NCBI RefSeq assembly: GCF_000237865.1
Contig: NC_017459.1
Span: 2,190,001 to 2,222,000, forward strand
DNA from: Haloquadratum walsbyi C23
GTDB lineage: Archaea > Halobacteriota > Halobacteria > Halobacteriales > Haloferacaceae
Direction of reading: 5' to 3'
Length of the DNA stretch: 32,000 nucleotides
Part shown: piece by piece, positions 8,731-17,794 of the stretch
Layout: the number at the start of each line of letters is the position of its first letter
Numbering within the stretch: position 1 is the stretch's first letter
Position numbers and translations under genes: made by a program
Notes under the pieces: generated by a model
The model's database searches: none
Told to the model about the DNA's origin: nothing
Seen by the model: only the letters and a program-made list of their open reading frames with translations

Positions 8731-9249
8731 TCACTCAGAGAGATGTTCATATGCCTGATTGACGCGTTTAAATTTCTCTTCATCACCCGTTTCGGTATCA
8801 GGATGAGTCTTTTTGACCCGCTCGCGATATGCACGCTTGATCGTTGTTTGATCAGCATCTGAGTCAACTCCGAGCGTTTGATATGCCTCTTGAGTGCTCA
8901 ATCCATTCGAGTGTCGTGGTGTTCGATTACTTCGCCCACGAGTGTATCGAGTCTGTCGGTGATTTGTTGCACGTCGTCCTGGTCCAGATCCCTCAAAACT
9001 ACCTGGTCCACGGGTGGCATTTCCAGACTGATCGACGCCGCGACGACTCCTTCGCTGCTGGGTTGCACCTGCGCGGAGTGTTTTCTCGATGCGTCCGCTC
9101 GCATGATACCACAGGAGGTATGTTGCTGCTGCAAAGGGAACAGCAACAATAAGTAAGAATATTTGATAAACGAATGAAAGGATGGTTAATAGGGTCGTAA
9201 TACCTGCAAAGACAGCTGCGATTCCGACAACGAGGCGATCTGCGTCCAC
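8731..9249 (-). CDS. J-domain (DnaJ-like) membrane protein
   Basis: 172 aa. The N-terminal hydrophobic helices are followed by a basic linker. The C-terminal J domain reads EAYQTLGVDSDADQTTIKRAYRERVKKTHPD and includes the HPD motif. Confidence 0.8.
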   Translation of the reverse strand: MDADRLVVGIAAVFAGITTLLTILSFVYQIFLLIVAVPFAAATYLLWYHASGRIEKTLRAGATQQRRSRRGVDQSGNATRGPGSFEGSGPGRRATNHRQTRYTRGRSNRTPRHSNGLSTQEAYQTLGVDSDADQTTIKRAYRERVKKTHPDTETGDEEKFKRVNQAYEHLSE

Positions 9250-9592
9250 ACCAGTAGCTAGATGCCAACGAACGTAAACTTCCCGGCGGTCTCAGTGAAG
9301 TATAATAATTGTTATATTATGTCGTCCATTGACGCGGATCGGCGAGGGGTGTGTGATTGTGAAACAATCTTGTATGGTCGGTAGGATTCGAGTGCATTTC
9401 ACCCATTTACCCGGACGATGAGATTTATATCATGTGCATATGTTGAATGCATCAGAGTCCACATTTAATACTAAGAGATAACCAAGAGAGACCACCGGAA
9501 AGACAGCACATATCTCCGTTCTCAAAGGCTGGCGTGACCTCACGGTCGAAATCAGCCGCATGAACAAACCTGACTAACTGGCTAACTAGAAT

Positions 9593-10822
9593 ATGACTGG
9601 GATAGAACAAGACGGTGACGAAACGGATACCATTGAGCAGATGCACCCTGACAGAGTCGGGCACATCCTTTCGGCGGGTGAGAAGAAACCAGTCCGGGTG
9701 TATCTTGAAGACGGCGAGATTACTGTCCCTATCAAGCCAGTCAAAGAGCGCAGAGGACCGGAAACGGTGACCGTGCCGTGCGCGTGCTTTGACGCAATAG
9801 TTGATATGGTTGATATCGCTGACGCTGGAGAAACCATCTACGCGAGATTCCACCTCCCAGAGAGTGAGTGGTATCGTCTTGGTCTTCATAAACACTGGGA
9901 GGAAGACAACGCCGAGGACTGGAGATGTGAGCGGATTATCGAGGTGTGGCTGAGCCGGTTCAAAAACACTTCATCCGGCGAGTACGACTCTGACAGGTAC
10001 AGCTCCCCCGTGCCGTCCGACTCTCCAACTGTCACAATCTACGAAGAACACGACTTCGAAATTAACTCACCACCAGCACCATTTGACCGACCAGATCTTG
10101 AGTTCGACGTTGCGACGGCGGAGAGTGTCTCTAATTATCATAACGCCCGCACCCGCCACACTCTCGGTTCTGTCAAAACGGTTGAACTGCTGGACAGCAT
10201 CGACGAATGTCCGGAGAAACGAGATGTCAGTCCGCCGAATGGGAGATACAAGATACCATCAAAACACCCGCAAGTTGACTTCGACGAGGTTGACCCACTT
10301 CCGATTGACGGGAATATTCTCGCCGCTGTCCACGCCATCAATCGCCACGCCAAGCGTCTTAATGAGGAGGCAGACCGGGCATACAAAATTGGTGAAGGGG
10401 CTGAAGCAAAAGTGAAATCCACTCAGAAGAAGGCACTGTACGATGCTAAGACCATTGCCGTCCACCGTCTCACGAAGTCCGCTCCTGATGCTGTCGACCT
10501 CCATCTCCACGGACTGTATGAGGATGTTGAGATGTACTGCTTCCGGTTCTCCACCGACTATTCCTTCCATCAACCGAGGGACGCCGTTGATGACGAGTTG
10601 CTGGATGCTGTCGGGTGGAACGTACATAATGAAGAAGCACGGGAAATCGACTTCCAACCATCTACAGACGTGAGTAATCTCCAGTTGTCTCTGTCAGAGG
10701 CACTGGGCGTTCTTTCTAGCCATGGAATCGACGCCAATGATCATCTCCAGACCGAAGTTGTCGAGGACTATACATTTGGGTACCGAATCTCAACGATATT
10801 CAGAATTGATGATGATGACTGA
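9593..10822 (+). CDS. hypothetical acidic protein, no family recognised
   Basis: 409-aa ORF with haloarchaeal acidic composition and an Asp-rich C-terminus. The opposite-strand ORFs 9452-9895 and 10138-10657 look like shadows. Confidence 0.6.
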   Translation: MTGIEQDGDETDTIEQMHPDRVGHILSAGEKKPVRVYLEDGEITVPIKPVKERRGPETVTVPCACFDAIVDMVDIADAGETIYARFHLPESEWYRLGLHKHWEEDNAEDWRCERIIEVWLSRFKNTSSGEYDSDRYSSPVPSDSPTVTIYEEHDFEINSPPAPFDRPDLEFDVATAESVSNYHNARTRHTLGSVKTVELLDSIDECPEKRDVSPPNGRYKIPSKHPQVDFDEVDPLPIDGNILAAVHAINRHAKRLNEEADRAYKIGEGAEAKVKSTQKKALYDAKTIAVHRLTKSAPDAVDLHLHGLYEDVEMYCFRFSTDYSFHQPRDAVDDELLDAVGWNVHNEEAREIDFQPSTDVSNLQLSLSEALGVLSSHGIDANDHLQTEVVEDYTFGYRISTIFRIDDDD

Positions 10823-11209
10823 TGAGTCTGACCGAGTGGTTCTACATCCCCAACAAGTCCTCCAACCCATTTAATTGGCTGCCCACCTTCGCTCAGAAAC
10901 ATACCCACCAACTCCCTGAACGAATACTAGAGTGATACTCATCTCGACGCCATCAGCAATCACAGAGGGCAGTCCTACGCATGTGTCCGAACAAATACCA
11001 CGTTTCAGTCTGTGATCGAAACCATTGCCGGGCGCGAGAGTCGACGCGTTGGCTGGCAGCAGCTCCGAAACGACTGTGCGATGAGGAGTCGGCGTATAAT
11101 CGAGTGGCGAGTGTTGAAGCACATCGTCAAGCAATCCGGCGACTACGACGACACACGTGGACAGTTCTCTGATGGTGATTACTTCGAATAGTTTCACCGG
11201 CGGTGTCGA

Positions 11210-12356
11210 GTGACGCGGGTTCAGCAGCTCCTATCACTGACACGAATAATCACGGCAGTAAATACTTGCACTAATCACTGTGAGACTGACACAGAGGTTG
11301 TCAAGAAGTCCGAACCCAACTGCACACTGCCGTATCGGACAAGGCGACTCTCACATCCACGAGCGATATATCAAAGATGGAAGCCTCGCTTTGTATTGAA
11401 CACCCCGGACTCGCTCCCACCAGAGAGTTATTACGGTTGGACGAAACAGAAATCCCGGTTCCCAACCACATTCTCGATTTTATTAGCTACCCGAAACTAG
11501 TAATATGAAAACGCCGGTACTCCACATGCCTGAGCATGTATACACGCTCGACGTGCCCGCTTTTATGACCGGGGGAAAATCTGAGACAGTTATAGACCGT
11601 ATATTGGTGGTCGATCTCAGTGTAAAAAACAGGTCGTGGCGATTGTCTTTGACAGCGGCGACGGGACACACAAACAACTAGCGCCGCACGGTTCCTCAGT
11701 TATCAAGCGAAGGGCAAATTATTCCAAGTGAAAGGGTTACCGACCTGCTGGCGGAGTTGCAGCAATAGGGCGAGCACGCACAGATCGGTCCCGATTCGAC
11801 CACCTGCCGAGTGAGTATCGCCAGACACGCCAGAAGGACCGGGAGTTATGCAAACAGATCTAGCACGATGTGACGACCAGTTGTGTGTGTCTGACAATCG
11901 AGATCAAGTGTGAGACTATCATTTTGAATCGCCCGGGGAGATTTAATCTCTTGATACAGCTGGTTCGCGTGGTCATGACTATTTCTTGCTCCTGCAGGTC
12001 TTGTCAAACATGTCGTAGAGCGGCGCATCGACTACGAGGTTGGTCGTATTGCCATCGGTGACGGTGAGTTAAGCGAGATTTATCGGGACGAGAGCAGCGA
12101 CTCACGAAATTGGAATAAATGTGGGAACAAGAAACTTCACAGATGGGAGTCCGACCGGCTCGCCACATTGCTCGAATATACGTCTGAAGAACACAGAATA
12201 CTCGTGAATCGTTTCAGGGTCGCATCAGATCAGCATCAATATCAAAGCCCTGGGGCACTCTCCCTCTTTCCCTGTAGACAGATAACCCAAACTCGGGATC
12301 CTCGTCAAGGGGCTGGGGCGGATGTCAACAGGGTATCAAACCAGTATGTTCAATAA
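11210..12356 (+). pseudogene. tnpB: heavily degraded tnpB (IS200/IS605-family OrfB) of a different lineage
   Basis: Pieces appear in three frames. VVDLSVKN (about 11603) is the RuvC-I region. VGRIAIGDGELSEIYRDESSDSRNWNKCGNKKLHRWESDRLATLLEYTSEEHRILVNRFRV (about 12040-12220) aligns to VGRINIGKLAGVRED...NWGKHGNLDLHGWAFDRFSNILEYKAKGEGIEV of the intact copy. GADVNRVSNQY is the RuvC-III NADxN motif. There are several stops and frameshifts and the zinc finger is missing. The 5' limit is uncertain. Confidence 0.5.
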
Positions 12357-12378
12357 TCCGTCGCGCACAGCTTGTTGT

Positions 12379-12558
12379 ATGAGTCTTGAACGCGAATATG
12401 AATGTCCAGACTGTGGAGGAATGCATTTTTGGAAAACAGCATCAATGGAAGTCCATTTGGGGACGAAAATTAAGTGGGCGTGTGATGGGTGTGGATATGA
12501 ATTTATAGAGATTGATGATATCAATACAGCAGGTGGAGTCTCAGTTGACTCGGATTAA
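12379..12558 (+). CDS. small CPxCG-related zinc-finger protein
   Basis: 59 aa from the internal ATG: MSLEREYECPDCGGMHFWK...WACDGCGYEF. There are two CxxCG knuckles and an acidic tail. Confidence 0.6.
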   Translation: MSLEREYECPDCGGMHFWKTASMEVHLGTKIKWACDGCGYEFIEIDDINTAGGVSVDSD

Positions 12559-12592
12559 GTATTGAGAGACTGAAAATCACTCAATTATCTCT

Positions 12593-13300
12593 TCACTCGC
12601 CAAGGTACAATGCTGCTACTTCATCACTTTCGAGTAACTCCGTCCCGTCACCCTCAAACTCGTTTTCTCCCATATCAAGAACATATCCGCGGTCAGACAC
12701 GCTGAGTGCCTGACGAGCATTTTGCTCAACCATTAAAATCGCGGTATTTGTTTCATCACGAATCTCAACAAGTCGATCAAACATATTATCAACAAGATCC
12801 GGAGCAAGGCCTGCGGAGGGTTCATCAACAAGTAACAAGTCAGGGTCTATCATCAGTGCTGAGGAGAGAGCAAGCATCTGTTGTTGCCCACCGGACATTG
12901 AGCCAGCCCGCTGATTCCGACGTTCAGAGAGTATTGGAAATCGATCCCAAACGCTTTGAAGATCAGATTGAGTTGGTGTTCCATCGATATAGGCCCCCAT
13001 TTCGAGGTTTTCGCGAACGCTAAGGGTTGGAAATACATTCTCTTTTTGTGGAACATAACATAATCCCTGTTGAGTCACTTGATTAGGGCGTAACGATGTA
13101 ATATCATTCCCATTGAATCTCACAGTTCCTTCCCAACAATCAATTAAGCCATATGTTGCTTTCATCATTGTTGATTTCCCCGCTCCATTCGGACCGATGA
13201 TTGTGACAATTTCATCACGCTTCACATCGAGATCAACCCCATGAAGTATCTCGGCATCTCCGTATCCAGAAACGATATTACGTGCCTCAAGGAGCGGCAT
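12593..13300 (-). CDS. livF: branched-chain amino acid ABC transporter ATP-binding protein LivF
   Basis: Walker A GPNGAGKST, signature SGGQQQ and Walker B LLLVDEP. The ATG at 13300 (MPLLEARNI) lies 1 nt after the livG stop. Confidence 0.9.
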   Translation of the reverse strand: MPLLEARNIVSGYGDAEILHGVDLDVKRDEIVTIIGPNGAGKSTMMKATYGLIDCWEGTVRFNGNDITSLRPNQVTQQGLCYVPQKENVFPTLSVRENLEMGAYIDGTPTQSDLQSVWDRFPILSERRNQRAGSMSGGQQQMLALSSALMIDPDLLLVDEPSAGLAPDLVDNMFDRLVEIRDETNTAILMVEQNARQALSVSDRGYVLDMGENEFEGDGTELLESDEVAALYLGE

Positions 13301-13301
13301 C

Positions 13302-14333
13302 TTACTCAGCCCCCAGATATGCATCAATAACTGCTTGATCTGAACGAATCTCCTCAGGCGACCCCTCGACAAGTCGTTTCCCTTCATTCATCACGATAAT
13401 ACGATCCGAGAGTTCCATGATAACATCCATATCATGCTCAACGATACAAAATGTGTATCCATCATCGCGAAGCGCCTTTACGCGATTCATCAGCTTTTGA
13501 GTGAGTGCCGGATTGACGCCTGCGACCGGCTCATCAAGAAGAATAAGCTCTGGGTCAAGCATCAGGACGCGTCCAAGTTCAAGCAGTTTTCGCTGTCCCC
13601 CAGAAAGATTCCCTGCGGGTTCATTCTGAAGATGATCAATTTCAAGGAGTTCAAGCATCTCAATCGCACGATTTCGGACAGTATCTTCCTCAGCCGCAAC
13701 AGTTGATTGTCGAAGCCATGTATTCAATACACGTTCGCCAGCCTGATCCTGTGGAGCAAGCATCAAATTTTCAAGAGCGGTCATTTCACCGAGTTCTCGG
13801 GTTAATTGAAAGGTGCGAACAAGTCCAGATCGTGCGAGCATATATGGACGACTATTTGCAGTTTCTGACCCACGTTGTTTGAATCGTTCTTGAGTGAGAT
13901 ACCCACCTGCACCAAGAGCTGCTGCGCCAGCAGTCATCCCGATTGCTGGAAGTGCTCCGAGATTGAGTGTGCCAAGCCCAATTGCTCCTCCAATAACGCC
14001 TGTTGTGAATGCACTAGCAGCACTCCAGATTTGTGATTCTGTCTGCGTTGGTGTCATAAGCGTTTGAAGATCAGTTCCGCGATAGTGAACTGTTCCACCG
14101 TCTGGGATATAGAACCCACTAATAAGATTAAATGTCGTCGTCTTTCCGGCACCATTCGGTCCAATAAGCCCTGTTATTGATTCTGAGTTGATATCAAATG
14201 AGGCACCATCGACAGCCACAATACCGCCAAACGTTTTTCGCAAGTTTCGGACTGTCAACAGCGGGTTCGTATCAGACGGTGGTGATTCATCATCAGACAT
14301 ATTCATCGATAATTCAGTATGATCTGTGCTCAT
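13302..14333 (-). CDS. livG: branched-chain amino acid ABC transporter ATP-binding protein LivG, with internal hydrophobic insertion
   Basis: Walker A GPNGAGKTT, RTFQ Q-loop, signature SGGQRK, Walker B LILLDEP and the C-terminal LivG-type motif VIDAYLG. At 343 aa it is larger than E. coli LivG (about 255 aa). Confidence 0.9.
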   Translation of the reverse strand: MSTDHTELSMNMSDDESPPSDTNPLLTVRNLRKTFGGIVAVDGASFDINSESITGLIGPNGAGKTTTFNLISGFYIPDGGTVHYRGTDLQTLMTPTQTESQIWSAASAFTTGVIGGAIGLGTLNLGALPAIGMTAGAAALGAGGYLTQERFKQRGSETANSRPYMLARSGLVRTFQLTRELGEMTALENLMLAPQDQAGERVLNTWLRQSTVAAEEDTVRNRAIEMLELLEIDHLQNEPAGNLSGGQRKLLELGRVLMLDPELILLDEPVAGVNPALTQKLMNRVKALRDDGYTFCIVEHDMDVIMELSDRIIVMNEGKRLVEGSPEEIRSDQAVIDAYLGAE

Positions 14334-16204
14334 TCTTCACCTTCCAGTTCTCTTTGTGTCCCCATATCAGGAATTCGCTCGTTATCTACACTGGTATTTG
14401 TTGTGCTGTCACTATGCTCGCCTGATGAGTTCATTTCAGTGCGTTGTGCTCGTTGAGGACCTGATGAATCTCCATCGGTTGTCGTTGTTGTAGCAGCGCT
14501 TGTTCGGCTCCCTAAAAGTCCCTCAGGAAGATAGTACAACACGATGAGAAACAAAATGCCAACAACAACAAGTCGGAACGCCTGAATATTAACGCGAATT
14601 GCCGGTGGGAAAAAGGCTGCAAGTTGTGTTGTTGCCTGTTGGAACGCCCAGAAAAGAGCAGCGCCAATGATCATTCCTTTATTATTCCCTGCACCGCCAA
14701 CGAACATGATGAGTAGAGTAATAAATGTCACGCGAGGTGCGAATGTCGTAAATGTCAGCCCCTGTGCATACATTGCCCACAAAGCACCGGCAAATCCACC
14801 GAGCGCAGACCCTATAACCATACTCTGAAGTTTATATGTGAACGGGTTTTTTCCAAGTGATTCAACAACTGTTTCATCATTCCGTATTGCTCGAAGCACT
14901 CGACCAAACGGCGATTCAACGGTTCGTTCAACAATCGCGTATAGTCCAACAAAGAATAATACAAACCCGGCTAACTGGAACCGAGGATAATCAACTTTGA
15001 CAGTTAACTCACCGATGCCAGCAATAGCATACCCAATACCAACATCGCCCCCAAATCGAAGCAGCCAGACAATATTCTGAAACAGCGTCTGCGCAACCCC
15101 AGCGATATCGCCACTACCAAGCGGACCAAGTATTGGCAACACAAAATACCATAGCGATATAAACCATATCGACCCAACCCCGACAATAGCAAGTCGATTG
15201 TTTGATAATGCATCAATCTGGGTTGTGATATAATAATACACGCCAACAAGAGTAGCAAGTGCGCTGATAGTGATGATAATTTTAATTCCGACTGCCTCCA
15301 AAACTGGGAGTGGGATTAGTGCAACTAAGAGCCCTGTTCCAAGACCAATGCCTGTTGTAATCGCACTCCAGGAGAGATCCGCATAGTGCTCACGGAGAGC
15401 GATTGCAGCGACAATCCAGGTGTATACTGAGACAATCACACCAACTGTGAGCGTAATACCTATTATGAACACTGCAGCAGCGGCAAGAATACCTGCGAGT
15501 CCTCCGGCGACTGCAGCAGTTCGTGACACCTGTTTGGCGATTGCATCGACATGTGTGAACCCGAATGTCGCAAGGGTATATACTCGATCACGAGGGGGCG
15601 TTGAGTCATCACGTCCACGTTGTATTGATGATGGTGACGCTGCTGTTGCTGTCGCTGATGGAGCCTGGGAAACCATGCCAAGAACGCCTGTCGTCAGCCC
15701 CCAAGCCACAAACACAATCAATCCGAGCAGCACTGCACCGATAATCGTCTCACCGGTAACTGGGAACGGTCCCTGAAGCGGCGGGCTATATCCACGGAGG
15801 GCATCGGGTCCATTTGCAAGCCATGTTTCTGATTGAATCACACGCTGGAAGATAACGGAGATACCGAGCACTGTGATTGCAAGATAATCCTCACGTAATC
15901 GAATTGTCGGAAGCGTGACTAATCCACCGACAATACCCGCAAGAATGGTTCCTGCAAGAATAGCTGTTACCCAGCTACCAAGAATTGGAATATCACCGAG
16001 TCCGATCAAATAGACCGTGAAATCTGTTGGATCATCAGGTCCAAGTACAAACAATGCCGCAGTGTATGCGCCGATAAGATAGAATCCAACATGACCGAAA
16101 TCAAGAAGTCCTGTATGACCATATTTAACATTTAATCCGAGGGCGAGAATACCATAAATTGAGACAAGAAGCATAAACGAAACGACAACATCTGCAACAG
16201 CCAT
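14330..16204 (-). CDS. livM: branched-chain amino acid ABC transporter permease LivM-type (expanded)
   Basis: 624-aa polytopic protein with a LivM-like N-terminal and C-terminal core. The start and stop overlap the neighbouring genes, consistent with an operon. A Ser/Thr/acidic tail is present. Confidence 0.85.
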   Translation of the reverse strand: MAVADVVVSFMLLVSIYGILALGLNVKYGHTGLLDFGHVGFYLIGAYTAALFVLGPDDPTDFTVYLIGLGDIPILGSWVTAILAGTILAGIVGGLVTLPTIRLREDYLAITVLGISVIFQRVIQSETWLANGPDALRGYSPPLQGPFPVTGETIIGAVLLGLIVFVAWGLTTGVLGMVSQAPSATATAASPSSIQRGRDDSTPPRDRVYTLATFGFTHVDAIAKQVSRTAAVAGGLAGILAAAAVFIIGITLTVGVIVSVYTWIVAAIALREHYADLSWSAITTGIGLGTGLLVALIPLPVLEAVGIKIIITISALATLVGVYYYITTQIDALSNNRLAIVGVGSIWFISLWYFVLPILGPLGSGDIAGVAQTLFQNIVWLLRFGGDVGIGYAIAGIGELTVKVDYPRFQLAGFVLFFVGLYAIVERTVESPFGRVLRAIRNDETVVESLGKNPFTYKLQSMVIGSALGGFAGALWAMYAQGLTFTTFAPRVTFITLLIMFVGGAGNNKGMIIGAALFWAFQQATTQLAAFFPPAIRVNIQAFRLVVVGILFLIVLYYLPEGLLGSRTSAATTTTTDGDSSGPQRAQRTEMNSSGEHSDSTTNTSVDNERIPDMGTQRELEGEE

Positions 16205-16206
16205 AT

Positions 16207-17664
16207 TTATCTCCCCCCTATGATGCCCTCAGGCTTCAATAGTAGGACAGCAAGAAGGACAACGAACGCAACCGGGATGCGGTATGTCGCGCTCAGCCCT
16301 GGGATTGCGAAGATTCCAATTTCCATCGCAAGTCCAACAACATAACTTCCAAGAATGGCACCATACACAGAAATTCCACCAAGAATCACGCCTGCGAACA
16401 TTGGAAGTAAGAGATTAAATCCAAGATTGATTGTAATTGAGCTAAAGAGGAATCCAAGCATAATCCCGCCAACGGCAGCAAAAAGCCCAGCGATAATCCA
16501 GACGGACATCATCACTCGCCGAGTATTGATCCCTCGAACTAACGCCAACTCTCTATTATCACTCGTTGCTCGCATTGTCTTTCCAAGGGTTGTTGCCTGA
16601 AGCACATAATGCAATGCACCCATCATTACAATCGCAAGGACAATTATTCCGATTCGAAGGGGGGAGGTTCGGATCCGTGTCGCTACGAGCGTAGTGTCCG
16701 GGACTGTTCCATTTGCGCCCCCCCAGAATACGGTTGCTCCGATAGCCAGTATAACAATTGAGCCAAGAGCAGCTGTGAGTCGAGGACCAATAATAGCTGC
16801 TGGGCTCCGTCGATCAAGAGCAACATATGTCACAGCAATGATAGCCAGCAGAATAACCGCGAATTCAATCCATCCATAACTTGCGACAAGAAGCTGTTTT
16901 GATGCACCACCACGCGTCTCTTGAAGACTAATAAATAGCCCATCGGAAGCAATGAAAAAGTCAAAAAATTTGGCAAGGGTCACATCAAGCGCCCCACCAA
17001 GAAATGGAATAGATGTCTCGACTGAGTAAAATCGTATTGACCCACCGAAGATGGTTTGAATGCCAAATCGGACAATGAAAGCAACAGCAAGTGAAACAAC
17101 AAGCATCAATGCAAGTTCGATGTTTTTTTCACGAAACTTTCTGAAGATAACTGACTCTAATAATGGGACAGTTGCGCCCAATAATACAACTGAAAACAGT
17201 AGTGCAGCACCGAAGGATGGAGTTCCAAGGACGACTAATGCACCAATAGCGCCAGCGACGACAATATGTACAGTAAGCCCCAGACGTCCTGGGACATCAA
17301 TTCCCCACCATTGCCCATAAAGCGCATCTCGTCCCCCAAGGTGATAGACTGTTCCTAAGACACCGATGGCTGATAGAACAAACAAAACACCTAATCCTGG
17401 AAGACTAACTTGCTGAGCACTTGGAGCAAGTAACTCAAAAACCGGGACAGTATCTGGTTTGTTCACCAGTAGTGCGGCATACGCACCAAGCGTCAGAAGG
17501 TCACCATGTGCAAAGTTCGGCACCTCAGCAATGTCGTACACAAGAGCTAATCCCGTCGCACCGAGCGCAACGATACTGCCCGTCACGACACCTGTCACAA
17601 CTGCATTCAACAATCCCGTCTCTGGTGCCATGTCGCAGATTGTCAGTGTAAAGGGTAAAATCAT
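16207..17664 (-). CDS. livH: branched-chain amino acid ABC transporter permease LivH-type (expanded)
   Basis: 485-aa polytopic protein with N-terminal GVVTGSIVALGATGLALVYDIAEVPNFAHGD and C-terminal LLLKPEGIIG, both typical of LivH. Confidence 0.85.
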   Translation of the reverse strand: MILPFTLTICDMAPETGLLNAVVTGVVTGSIVALGATGLALVYDIAEVPNFAHGDLLTLGAYAALLVNKPDTVPVFELLAPSAQQVSLPGLGVLFVLSAIGVLGTVYHLGGRDALYGQWWGIDVPGRLGLTVHIVVAGAIGALVVLGTPSFGAALLFSVVLLGATVPLLESVIFRKFREKNIELALMLVVSLAVAFIVRFGIQTIFGGSIRFYSVETSIPFLGGALDVTLAKFFDFFIASDGLFISLQETRGGASKQLLVASYGWIEFAVILLAIIAVTYVALDRRSPAAIIGPRLTAALGSIVILAIGATVFWGGANGTVPDTTLVATRIRTSPLRIGIIVLAIVMMGALHYVLQATTLGKTMRATSDNRELALVRGINTRRVMMSVWIIAGLFAAVGGIMLGFLFSSITINLGFNLLLPMFAGVILGGISVYGAILGSYVVGLAMEIGIFAIPGLSATYRIPVAFVVLLAVLLLKPEGIIGGR

Positions 17665-17760
17665 TTCGATGCCACAAACTGTATACTCGTTAATACCTCA
17701 GCATCTGAAATCAATATATGTCCGATAGATGAATATTGTTTGAACATACTCGTCAGTAGT

Positions 17761-17769
17761 TATTTATAT
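17761..17769 (+). promoter_or_regulatory. TATA-like box for livJ-type gene (leaderless spacing)
   Basis: tatttatat is centred about 29 nt upstream of the ATG at 17795. Confidence 0.3.
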
Positions 17770-17794
17770 GTTTGATAGCAACAATCGATACGTA

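Noticed and set aside
9452-9895. 147-aa minus-strand ORF upstream of and overlapping the 409-aa gene.
   Set aside because: It overlaps the longer, compositionally better plus-strand ORF by 300 nt. Its composition is basic and Cys/His-rich, atypical for this proteome.
10871-11197. 108-aa minus-strand ORF between the orphan gene and the tnpB pseudogene.
   Set aside because: No recognisable motif and non-acidic composition. The plus strand in the same interval carries more protein-like, though frameshifted, frames.
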